This document shows positions 27,815-37,198 of a DNA stretch of 62,095 nucleotides, piece after piece. How positions within the stretch are numbered: position 1 is the stretch's first letter; every line of letters starts with the position of its first letter. The notes beneath the pieces were generated by a model. It did not search any database, was not told the DNA's origin, and saw nothing but the letters and a program-made list of their open reading frames with translations. The DNA is taken from IMG/VR virus record IMGVR_UViG_3300005747_000076, positions 1 through 62,095 of that record; one strand, given 5' to 3'. Source of the DNA: a virus. Its lineage: Duplodnaviria > Caudoviricetes. The position numbers and the translations under genes were made by a program.

Positions 27815-29623
27815 TTAAATAGGATAAGGAACTCTGAACTGAATGTTATTATTTAATATGGTTTTAACGTTGAAACTAACATTTACTGTATCTTGTTTAA
27901 TTTCAATGTCAATATTATTTATATCAATTATTCGTGTATCTGCAATTAATGTGTCTCTAATGTAAGTTGATAATAGTCCTGTATCACTAATTCTACTTAA
28001 TGCACGCAATCCATAAGTTTCAAATCCAGGCACCTCACCTGCAACTGTTAGCAAAGCATTCTTTATATACTGTTTTATATTTTCCGCTCCACTTACTGTT
28101 TCTATTTCATTATTTAAATCGTTTAAACTGCAATCATTCCAGTCCATTCTAATATCATTTCCTATTAGGTCGCCTCGGTCCAAGAATGGGTTAATAGCTC
28201 TAATCAAAGTATCAGGTATATAAATAATGTCTCCAGGCTGAGGATAGTCGCCTTGGTTATTTCTTCTATAGTCTACCCAATCATTAAATTCTTGTATAAG
28301 ATCTGCATTTGCTGCTTCACCTGTTAACTTAGTTGCTATTTGAATTAAATCATCATTTTTATTAATTTCATACGGGAATGCATTGCGTCTATCAATGTTG
28401 CCTGAACCTTTGCCTATATTTGTATTAAGAAGACTTAAGTTCTGTTCATTTGAAAGCCATTCACCTAATTTATATTGTTGTAAGTGTCTTTGATTGAAAT
28501 ATCTTCTATCAACTACGCCTCTTAAATTTTGGCTTTCATTAATAAACTGAGATAATTCTGCAATAAATTGACTATTTCTTAAGTCTCTAGTAAAATCACC
28601 TGTTAATCTAGGAGTATTTAACATGCCTGAAACTAATTCATTTCTAGTTTTAACTAGTTCAGGACTTCCTAGTGTTTCAAGAGCATCTGTTAAATCATTA
28701 AAAGTTTTTCCAACACCTGTAATATTATCTCCTAATGCAACTACATCACTAATAACACCTGCAGCATTTGTAGTTAAAGACCCGATACTCTTAGAAACAT
28801 CACCTACTTTATTAAGTGCTGCGCTGGCATTTCTTATTGTTCCTCTTACACCTGAAATATAGTCATTTGAAACATTGTCAACTACATTTGATAATGTTCC
28901 TATAGCTCCTCCTACTGCGTTTATATAGCCATTTGCTGTATCTAAAGCACCTAATATAATATTATTATATGCTGAGGAATATGCATAATCATAAGCTTTT
29001 AATTGAAGTCTATATCTATAATCATGTTTATATTGTGCATTTTTACCATATGAAAAAGATAAAGGTTCTACTGCTAAATGTAAATCTTCATCAATACAGC
29101 GCAATATTAACTGTATTGTTTTAGCGTTTGAGCCTGTTTCTAATATTTTATTACTATACTCTTCTGTTGAAACAATTAATTTATCTTTAACACCGTAATC
29201 TAGGTTTGATAATTCAGTATATCTTTTTAAAAACTCATCAAATTCTTTAAAAGCATCATTTCCTGTTAAATTTGATATTCCACCATCACGTGTATATGCA
29301 GTTCTAAATGCCGTTCCTGATCTACCTTCAAATACAATGTCATGAGACCTGATAGTATTGACTTCCCTTAAAACTCCTCCTAATGTATATGTTATACTAT
29401 GCGGATTTATTCTGTTATATTGCATACTATCAGGGTCATAGGGAAAAGATATAACACTATCTACTTTACTTCCTCTTCTAATTTCTAAATAATATTTAGC
29501 AGGAATTCTTTGCAGTTGACCCCAAAAACCATTAGGATCTGCACCAAATCTATTAAACCCGGGTATTTCTTTTCTACTCCCAGGTAATGTTAAATTACTT
29601 GATAATGTTTTTGAACTGAACAT
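27815..29623 (-). CDS. Baseplate protein: tube-initiator-like N-terminus, LysM domain, gp25-like C-terminus
   Basis: YEINKNDDLIQIA...PQPGDIIYIP (LysM); VSGAENIKQ...GEVPGFETYG...DTRIIDI (gp25-like). Confidence 0.75.
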   Translation of the reverse strand: MFSSKTLSSNLTLPGSRKEIPGFNRFGADPNGFWGQLQRIPAKYYLEIRRGSKVDSVISFPYDPDSMQYNRINPHSITYTLGGVLREVNTIRSHDIVFEGRSGTAFRTAYTRDGGISNLTGNDAFKEFDEFLKRYTELSNLDYGVKDKLIVSTEEYSNKILETGSNAKTIQLILRCIDEDLHLAVEPLSFSYGKNAQYKHDYRYRLQLKAYDYAYSSAYNNIILGALDTANGYINAVGGAIGTLSNVVDNVSNDYISGVRGTIRNASAALNKVGDVSKSIGSLTTNAAGVISDVVALGDNITGVGKTFNDLTDALETLGSPELVKTRNELVSGMLNTPRLTGDFTRDLRNSQFIAELSQFINESQNLRGVVDRRYFNQRHLQQYKLGEWLSNEQNLSLLNTNIGKGSGNIDRRNAFPYEINKNDDLIQIATKLTGEAANADLIQEFNDWVDYRRNNQGDYPQPGDIIYIPDTLIRAINPFLDRGDLIGNDIRMDWNDCSLNDLNNEIETVSGAENIKQYIKNALLTVAGEVPGFETYGLRALSRISDTGLLSTYIRDTLIADTRIIDINNIDIEIKQDTVNVSFNVKTILNNNIQFRVPYPI

Positions 29624-29637
29624 TTATTACTCCTTGC

Positions 29638-29657
29638 TAACTGCCTATCAATGGTAT
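29638..29657 (-). repeat. Dispersed 20-bp motif, copy 3
   Basis: Sits between the stop at 29660 and the AAGGAG RBS of the next gene. Confidence 0.95.
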
Positions 29658-29659
29658 TA

Positions 29660-30523
29660 TTAATTATTTTTTAGAGGTGTTTGTATGTAAGGATTGATTG
29701 CCTTACGACTATTTGTTTTTGCTGTTGACGATGTTATAGATAATGGTGAACCTACTATAGGTCCATTAGTTTTCATATATAACGCGCTTTGTGTATCTTC
29801 TATAGCTTTTTGTGTTTCTTCTGCTGCTTCTGTAAAAAAGTTATTAGAAGTATAAATAAGAGCCTGTGCAGTATGTTCTTCAGCAGCTAAAGTAAATTGT
29901 TGTTCTAGTATTGGAGATGCTTGTTTAATCCACTCAGACTGTGCATTAATTTTATCTTCTAAAACCTTTATATAACTGAAAAGAATATCAATGAATTGAC
30001 TTCCATCCAATATATTATCTCCACATTTTCCATATCTACTAATTCTTAAAACTGCTTCTTCGTTTAATTGTAGCCTTATTGATTTTTTACTATCTAAAAC
30101 AATACCATTTAATGATGTCAAGTTTATATAATTTCCATCATTCAGCATTATATAGTCTCGAGTTGTAAAAGCTTTTCTATCACTATCATTTGCTGCTATA
30201 GATACACCTTTTTCTAATACAAGATGTGAAGGTTTTAAAGCTCCTCCTATTGCTAAAACAGGAGCATTTTCCGAGAACATTAAAACATGAACTAGACCTC
30301 CTACTTCTAATGGGTAATGTGTATAAGCTGATCCATTAGAGCTCCCAGAATTAATAACTTCAACATTTCTATGTATCTGCCCGTCATTTAATTTAATAGT
30401 TAATATAGGTTTAAGATCACTGCTTCTAATAACAACGTCTACTATTTCACCCAGTAAAGCTCTTGGATTAGATATTTCAGTTATTTCTTGACCTAATGAT
30501 TGGTATACTGGTGCATGTATCAT
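29660..30523 (-). CDS. Baseplate spike-like protein (gpV/gp5 OB-fold)
   Basis: GEIVDVV...HYPLEVGGLVHVLM...PVLAIGG; position in the module. Confidence 0.65.
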   Translation of the reverse strand: MIHAPVYQSLGQEITEISNPRALLGEIVDVVIRSSDLKPILTIKLNDGQIHRNVEVINSGSSNGSAYTHYPLEVGGLVHVLMFSENAPVLAIGGALKPSHLVLEKGVSIAANDSDRKAFTTRDYIMLNDGNYINLTSLNGIVLDSKKSIRLQLNEEAVLRISRYGKCGDNILDGSQFIDILFSYIKVLEDKINAQSEWIKQASPILEQQFTLAAEEHTAQALIYTSNNFFTEAAEETQKAIEDTQSALYMKTNGPIVGSPLSITSSTAKTNSRKAINPYIQTPLKNN

Positions 30524-30533
30524 TATCTTCTCC

Positions 30534-33500
30534 TTAAGGTTGTGTTATTCCTGCTTCTTCATCAGTAAAATTATAATCGTCTCTATCTTCAGCAACTGGC
30601 TCTGGAGCAGTTTTTCCTGCATCAACTTTAATAGGTGTTGTATATCCATCTCTTACTAATTCATTAAAATCTGCAAATATAAAATCAGTAACACCAGGTC
30701 TATCTTTAGGTAATATTAAGTAAGCATTCCCGCTAGCATCTTTATACCATTCATATTTACCATCACCATCAATGTCATAATAAAAACTTCCAGGTTCATT
30801 ACCTTCATTAGCTCTTGTTGTGCCTTCTATAACTGAAGATGCTCCTGCGTATATTGTTTCAAATACTTCGTTTCTTTTTTCTTGCGTCGCTGCGTCCCCA
30901 TAAAACCCATATTCATCTGCTAAATATCTTACTCTAGGTATTTCAGCTAAAGATGTTTTTTCTAATGTTCCAGTAATTTCTGTTGAAGAAACTTTTCCAT
31001 CAACGTATGTAATATGTTTAGTATCAGGTAATTCAGGTATTAAGCCTCCGTATGAGCCACGTTCAAAATTAACTTGAGTTCTAGTTAATATATTACCATT
31101 TGATTGATCTACGGTGTATGTATATGAAATATTTGTGCAATAAGCAATAAATTTATTTACTCTATCATCACTCGAGTTTCCTCCATAATCAAATCCTTCT
31201 TTGACTTCATAAGTTGGAGGTGTAAAATTAACAATAAACCAACATCCCTGTTTAAGTGTAAATGTTGTTTCTAGGGGTAATAGAATTGAACCTGTTGAAT
31301 ACTTTGAGCCATCACCTATAGTCATATATAGGTTTTCTGCCATAACGTTTCCTAGATTAAATTTTCCTTTTTCTGGACTATTAACCTGAAGGAATGGGTA
31401 ATTTGATTGATAAAACCTAAATCCAAATCTAGAAGCATCTAATGCATTAACATAAGGTTCTGTTAATAAATTACCTGAAGTGTTTGGGTCTACTTGACTA
31501 TAAGGATGTTCTACTTGTATACCGTTAACACGCATTGTATCACTATGACTAAAATTCATAGTAAGTATATCTTTTATATTTAAAACAGGAAGAGGAGTTT
31601 TTTCTGTTGCATATTCTTCATTTCCTGTTAATTGAAAGGTGTTATCTAGGTCTACAAATGTTTCCTGCTGAACTTCTAATTCCTCTGCGTTTAACTTGTA
31701 ATTAATATCCTTATAATATGGATCATCGGTTTTAGAAGTAAAAACGCGCCTATAAACAGAGTATTCTTTGTTAATAGAATTTTTATTTAAACTGATATAT
31801 GGGTGAATTGGCTTTTTTCTATAAACTACACCTAATATTCCACCAATTGCTCTTTCAAAGTCATTAGCTCTTTCAAACCATTTTTTATCCATGAGTGGAA
31901 TAACTACTGGGAATAATTCATGTGTTTTACTATCAGGTTGGAAAGTTGATACGCATGCGCCCCATATAGTTTGGCCTTTAGCATATAGATTACTAACCTT
32001 GTTGAGATTTTCAATAATTTCTTTAGAAGTTCCTAAGCCTGTAACCCAAGGAAATACATCATTTCTATTATTAGGTAAATCATCAGTTGAATTGACTGAA
32101 AATACTCTTATTACATCACCTAATCTAAATTCTTCACCTTTACCAAAACTAAAATCTAGTTTTGATCCAGCACCCTTAGCTAATTCTTCTTTCAGTAATT
32201 CAGCAGCTACTGTTGTGTCTCCAGGTCTTTCTTCAACTTTAAATAATGTTTGATAACCATTTGACCTAACTTCTGGTGGCTCATCACTAATAAATCTTCT
32301 ATTAGCAAATATACCTCTAGAACCAACTCCTGGCTGATTTACAACAGTTGTATCAAATACTCTTAATAATTCTTTTCCTAATGTTTGAATTTGTTCTTCA
32401 GGCACGCCTTGTGTTCTTAATAATCTTACATAAAAAACCGCACCTTTGTCTAATTCACGTTGTGCTAATTGATACCATTTTTCAATTCCAAGATTAAATG
32501 TTAGTGATGAAGGTGTTTTAGGATATGCTAAGAAAGAAAGCATATTTTTTAAATCTGCTCCACTATCTTTTCTTATAACAGAGCCTTCCATCATTAATGT
32601 TAAAAATCTATTATAAAGTTGTCCTTCAAACCAAAATTCATTAATTACTTCCTTACCATCTGCTGATTTTACTGAAGTTACAACAGGACGGGATGAGACT
32701 TTACGGATTGGATCTGTGTCTGGTATACCTAAAGCTTCCCATAATGCTTGTTCGCTTTCAGTTTGAACTTTAACACCAGCAGCTTCTACTTTTTCATCTT
32801 TAATTTCAGGATCTGTATAACTATAATTTCTTCTCTTAGTCTCTGAAACTTTATATTGACCCATAATTAAAGGATGTAAAAACGATGTGCAATCTAAATT
32901 TAACGTGCAATCAATAATCCCATCTGCTGTAGCACTTACACCATAGTTTATATTATTAACTACGAGTAATTGTGTTAGAAAATGATTGTCTCTTATTCTT
33001 TCGTCTTCAATCTTGTTAGTTAATGAAGGAAAAGATTTTTGATTAATTGAAATAAATCCGCCTGAGTCTATTCTGCCACCCGCACTTTTAAATATAGTTT
33101 GAATGTGTTCAAATGGTATTTTTAATTCAATATTACCTGAAACATAAGGTGCGTTAATTGTTTCACTTAAACTTAGATTAGTTATAAAGGGAGTAAGAGG
33201 AATTGGAATAGGAATATCATGATTATGATAATTTATATCAAAATGGTATTTATGTTTACCTGGACCTTTTAAGTATTCTGCTACTCTTTTCAAAAGCCAT
33301 TCAATTAACTTAACTACTGCTTTTCCTGTAGTTCCACCACTTTGTGCATCTTGTAATCCGGCAGCTTCTGCAATAGGAAAAGGTATAGGAGATCTATTAT
33401 CTTGTATAGACTGAAATGTATCATCAGGCTTTAAGACGCTTCCTGTAATTACATCATCTTCAGTAAAATTATAATCATTTGTGCCTGTTCTTCCTCCGCT

Positions 33501-33551
33501 TTGACTAGGAGTTGAAGGACCCCCTGCTGAAGGTTGATTTTGTTTTGCCAT
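30534..33551 (-). CDS. Baseplate hub-like protein
   Basis: 1005 aa directly after the tape measure; ITNLSLSETINAP, RFGFR. Confidence 0.65.
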   Translation of the reverse strand: MAKQNQPSAGGPSTPSQSGGRTGTNDYNFTEDDVITGSVLKPDDTFQSIQDNRSPIPFPIAEAAGLQDAQSGGTTGKAVVKLIEWLLKRVAEYLKGPGKHKYHFDINYHNHDIPIPIPLTPFITNLSLSETINAPYVSGNIELKIPFEHIQTIFKSAGGRIDSGGFISINQKSFPSLTNKIEDERIRDNHFLTQLLVVNNINYGVSATADGIIDCTLNLDCTSFLHPLIMGQYKVSETKRRNYSYTDPEIKDEKVEAAGVKVQTESEQALWEALGIPDTDPIRKVSSRPVVTSVKSADGKEVINEFWFEGQLYNRFLTLMMEGSVIRKDSGADLKNMLSFLAYPKTPSSLTFNLGIEKWYQLAQRELDKGAVFYVRLLRTQGVPEEQIQTLGKELLRVFDTTVVNQPGVGSRGIFANRRFISDEPPEVRSNGYQTLFKVEERPGDTTVAAELLKEELAKGAGSKLDFSFGKGEEFRLGDVIRVFSVNSTDDLPNNRNDVFPWVTGLGTSKEIIENLNKVSNLYAKGQTIWGACVSTFQPDSKTHELFPVVIPLMDKKWFERANDFERAIGGILGVVYRKKPIHPYISLNKNSINKEYSVYRRVFTSKTDDPYYKDINYKLNAEELEVQQETFVDLDNTFQLTGNEEYATEKTPLPVLNIKDILTMNFSHSDTMRVNGIQVEHPYSQVDPNTSGNLLTEPYVNALDASRFGFRFYQSNYPFLQVNSPEKGKFNLGNVMAENLYMTIGDGSKYSTGSILLPLETTFTLKQGCWFIVNFTPPTYEVKEGFDYGGNSSDDRVNKFIAYCTNISYTYTVDQSNGNILTRTQVNFERGSYGGLIPELPDTKHITYVDGKVSSTEITGTLEKTSLAEIPRVRYLADEYGFYGDAATQEKRNEVFETIYAGASSVIEGTTRANEGNEPGSFYYDIDGDGKYEWYKDASGNAYLILPKDRPGVTDFIFADFNELVRDGYTTPIKVDAGKTAPEPVAEDRDDYNFTDEEAGITQP

Positions 33552-33572
33552 TTAATTACTCTCCTTATTATC

Positions 33573-35612
33573 TTATAATCCGCCAGAACGTTTAGGTCCT
33601 GGAGCAGTTCCAACTTTATCCAACTGAGCAGATTTAGGAAGAACTTTGTTAATTGATCCAATCATGTTATTAACTTTCTTCATTACATCTGTTAAATCAC
33701 TTCCCACATCAGTAAACACCTTACTTAAACCAAGAAGTGCACTAGTATTGGCTTGTGTATATTCTGCATTATTGAATAATTGTCTTTCTAAAGCAGCTTG
33801 ACCTCTAATAACATTTTGAATTTTTTCTATATTTTTTTGATCACCATAAGTATCAATAACATTTGAAGCTTTATTAGCAGCAATTTCACTACTAATTGGC
33901 ATTGCTGCGCCTTGTCGTTCTAAGTCTGTTGTTGTTTTAGCTCTGCCTAATTGTTTGCGTCTATTTATTTCACTTCTTCCTCTACCAAATGTATTATCCA
34001 TTGCAAAAGAAATTTGTGCATCTGTTAGATTTTCACCTAATAATCTTGCTTGAATAACATCATCACTAAAGCCTTGTGATCTCATAAAAGCAACTTTTTG
34101 CTGTGCTGTGCCTTCTCTAGCAATTATTGTAGCTCTTCTAGCTATTTCTACTCCAGTAGCGCCAGCTCCTAATTCACCTTGAGCTTGTCGCATAGCCATA
34201 GCCATACCCATACGTTGAGATATTCCGCTAAATAAACCTGATATTTGACCAGTTGCACCTTGTGCTAATGTTTGATGGGTCATAAATGATTGGTTAACTG
34301 CGTTCTGCATTCCTTGAAATGATTGATAGTCTGTGTCCATTTCAAATCCTATAGCTTCAGTAAATAATCTTTTTCTTGCTCTTATATTATCCATCCCAAA
34401 CATATTAGCTTGTTGGCCGAATGATGTCATTGCAGAAATTAATTTACCCATACCTCTAGCATTAAATCCCATTCCTGCGCCAAATTCTGCAACACCTGAT
34501 GGGCCACCAGATATTAAACCTCTTGAACCTGTGCCACGCATTTGCATTTCTTGCACAGCACCCATTACTGAAGAACCAAAGCCTACTTGTTTGAATTTGA
34601 AAATTTCATCAACTGTAAGACCTCTTTCTTTAGCGTCTCTTCCTGTTCCTCCAATTGTTCCTGTTGTAAATCCACCTGTTGTATAAACGTCTTGCACACT
34701 TTCTAATGCCTGATCAGGTGTCATACCAAATGCTTTTGCGTATTTATGTAAATCACCTCTTTGTAACATATTGGCAGTTGCTCCGGCACCTAGTCCCCTG
34801 AAATTAATACCTACTGCAGCAGCTGTTTGAAATGCTCTTCTTTCAATTCCAGACATTTCACTAGCTCTACCTTGTATTACATCAATATTTTGAGCAGTTT
34901 GTAATCCTAAACCCATTGGAATTTGTGCAGCTAGGCCTGAAAGTGTAGTTCCCATGCCTAATTGATTTATACCAAATTTAGTTTTATAATAACTTCCTGT
35001 TAATCCTGATGTTGCTAAGAAAGCATGTTTTGCAATAGTCTTAATACCATATGTTTCAGGTAATTTATCAAAAGCTGCATCAATTGCGCCTACACCAGCA
35101 TCTTTTGAAGGAGGCTTGAAGCCAGGAGGTCTAGTTTGGGTTGCACCTGAAACACCAGCACCTGGATAATGCCCACCTCTAATTTCCTGGCCTTTTTGAA
35201 GGTTTAACTGTTCAAATACACCCATTCCATAAGTTCCGCCTTCACCGCCAGAAACTCCGGAAAAACCTCCGCCACCGCCTCCGCCTCTGCTTCCCATTAC
35301 TCCTGCTAATTTATTAATAGCAGCAATGAGTTTATTGTTAGAAGCAATAAGTTTATTAATTGATCCTCCTAGGTTTGCGTTTCCTACACCAGCATTAGCA
35401 CCCATATTAGGTAATCTACTAGCTGCTGCACCAGCACCGGGGGACATTGAAAAAGGATTGGTTGCTTGGCCCGCATTTAAATTATTAAGTCCACCAAATT
35501 GCGCGCCACTAAAGTCCGGCATTCTTGGTCCACTTTTACCAAATTGGCTCAAAGCATCTAAGGCAGATGTTGATGCCGACATATTTTGACTACCTAAAGT
35601 TAGTGGCTGCAT
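33573..35612 (-). CDS. Tape measure protein
   Basis: G/A/Q/M-rich helical 679 aa following the chaperones. Confidence 0.75.
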   Translation of the reverse strand: MQPLTLGSQNMSASTSALDALSQFGKSGPRMPDFSGAQFGGLNNLNAGQATNPFSMSPGAGAAASRLPNMGANAGVGNANLGGSINKLIASNNKLIAAINKLAGVMGSRGGGGGGGFSGVSGGEGGTYGMGVFEQLNLQKGQEIRGGHYPGAGVSGATQTRPPGFKPPSKDAGVGAIDAAFDKLPETYGIKTIAKHAFLATSGLTGSYYKTKFGINQLGMGTTLSGLAAQIPMGLGLQTAQNIDVIQGRASEMSGIERRAFQTAAAVGINFRGLGAGATANMLQRGDLHKYAKAFGMTPDQALESVQDVYTTGGFTTGTIGGTGRDAKERGLTVDEIFKFKQVGFGSSVMGAVQEMQMRGTGSRGLISGGPSGVAEFGAGMGFNARGMGKLISAMTSFGQQANMFGMDNIRARKRLFTEAIGFEMDTDYQSFQGMQNAVNQSFMTHQTLAQGATGQISGLFSGISQRMGMAMAMRQAQGELGAGATGVEIARRATIIAREGTAQQKVAFMRSQGFSDDVIQARLLGENLTDAQISFAMDNTFGRGRSEINRRKQLGRAKTTTDLERQGAAMPISSEIAANKASNVIDTYGDQKNIEKIQNVIRGQAALERQLFNNAEYTQANTSALLGLSKVFTDVGSDLTDVMKKVNNMIGSINKVLPKSAQLDKVGTAPGPKRSGGL

Positions 35613-35620
35613 ATAAACTC

Positions 35621-35995
35621 CTATTTAAATTTATTTAACATTTCTAAAACGTCAGCAGTATTTCCTTCAGCAAATGCTCTTTCCATCTCAAATATAGTTT
35701 TATCCTGAACTATTTCTTGTTCAATAGTTTCAGTATCTATTTCCTGATCTGTTTTTGGCTTTCTAAAATCAATCTGCTTAATTTTTTCCTTATATTTCTT
35801 ATTAGACTTAACAAAAGAATTCCATAATATTTCAAATTGTTCTTTTTCTAGAGTTAATATACTCCATTCCAAGTTTTCCCAGCAATCAATATATTCGCTG
35901 CTAATAACTGGCAATGTATCACTCATGTTTTGTCTAATTAAAGCGAAAGCGAGGTTTGCTCTCTTCTCCTTCATTCTTGGTATTATTGTTGCGAA
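35621..35995 (-). CDS. Tail assembly chaperone extension (+1 frame, probably reached by frameshift)
   Basis: Open +1 frame overlapping the upstream gene; no SD before ATG 35926. Confidence 0.65.
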   Translation of the reverse strand, partial: FATIIPRMKEKRANLAFALIRQNMSDTLPVISSEYIDCWENLEWSILTLEKEQFEILWNSFVKSNKKYKEKIKQIDFRKPKTDQEIDTETIEQEIVQDKTIFEMERAFAEGNTADVLEMLNKFK

Positions 35996-36422
35996 AGAAA
36001 TCACCTTCATGCTGAAGGAGCCTCCCACCTAATTCAAAACAAAATTCTAAATCTTCGCCTGCAACTTCTAATAGCCAATTAGGTGGATTATCTAACTGGC
36101 AAATAATACGCGCAATACATAGATGCCTGTTTTTAACTTCAAGAGGCAAATTATCAAAATATACACCATCAGCAAGTGCAGTTAAAACTCTTTCATATTC
36201 AAGTCTAGCTTTGCTATCCATTACTTTTGAAACGATTTTTACCTTTTTAATTTCACCGTTATCTAAAACATATTCCAAAGGTATTTCTTTACTGCGTTTT
36301 TCAAATTTAAGATGATCATCTTTTTCAAGTTGTTTAGTCTTTTTCTTTGACTTGATTTCATGCATTGACGGTGCTTCGTCAATTTTATTTTGATGTTGCT
36401 CTTTTAGTTTAACTAAATCCAT
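35934..36422 (-). CDS. Tail assembly chaperone
   Basis: Between tube and tape measure genes; AGGAG RBS. Confidence 0.8.
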   Translation of the reverse strand: MDLVKLKEQHQNKIDEAPSMHEIKSKKKTKQLEKDDHLKFEKRSKEIPLEYVLDNGEIKKVKIVSKVMDSKARLEYERVLTALADGVYFDNLPLEVKNRHLCIARIICQLDNPPNWLLEVAGEDLEFCFELGGRLLQHEGDFFRNNNTKNEGEESKPRFRFN

Positions 36423-36552
36423 TTTTACTCTCCTGTTAATTAGTTATATATAATAAATATATCTTTAAACTTCATTTTTTATCTAGATGTCGTATATTTT
36501 TAAAAGGATTATGATTAATTCTTCCAAAAAGTTTAATTTATTAAGTTAATAC

Positions 36553-36587
36553 AAAAAAACCACTGCTTAATGATAGAAAAACAGTGG
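36553..36587 (-). terminator. Intrinsic terminator after the tail tube gene
   Basis: CCACTG/CAGTGG stem plus U7. Confidence 0.65.
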
Positions 36588-36659
36588 CTAATTTTTTATG
36601 TGTTTATATTAGAAAAATATAAAGATTTAACAGAGATAAACGTCGTATCAAACAGAGTA

Positions 36660-37187
36660 TTAAGCCTCTAATCCATCAGGGTGCCTGATAAGATATAGTG
36701 CATCACATGTAACTTGGACACCCATTAAGGAGCCACGATCAACTACAATACTTTGTGATGATGGACGACATCCAACAACTGTATAAATCTTTCTGTCTTC
36801 CTCTTGTATACTTCCATCTGCTTCGCCTGGAGCTGCACTGTCATAAATCTCTAGGTCAAATGCTTGTGAAGAAAGTGCATTTTGTGTTCTAACTTGTGCA
36901 GTTGGATTTTGACCTTCTGCAACTTGTTCTGTTGTGATCATTGAGCCTTCATCAGCTTCTTCACCTTGAACTAAACCATTGTTTTCATTTGTTTTAAAGA
37001 TACGAATAAAATTAATAGTAGCAGTTACTAACCTAGAAATAGGTGTAATTTCTCTGCTATCAATGTATCCTAAACTTTCAATGCGTCCGTTAAGTTGACT
37101 TTCCTGAATAGATATACCTGTAGCATATCCACATGTTTGACCATTAATCTTAACTATTGCTTTTGCGCCTGTAATTACGTTTGCCAT
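36660..37187 (-). CDS. Tail tube protein
   Basis: VITGAKAIVKINGQTCGYATGI...IESLGYIDSREI; follows the sheath. Confidence 0.88.
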   Translation of the reverse strand: MANVITGAKAIVKINGQTCGYATGISIQESQLNGRIESLGYIDSREITPISRLVTATINFIRIFKTNENNGLVQGEEADEGSMITTEQVAEGQNPTAQVRTQNALSSQAFDLEIYDSAAPGEADGSIQEEDRKIYTVVGCRPSSQSIVVDRGSLMGVQVTCDALYLIRHPDGLEA

Positions 37188-37198
37188 TGTTTATCTCC

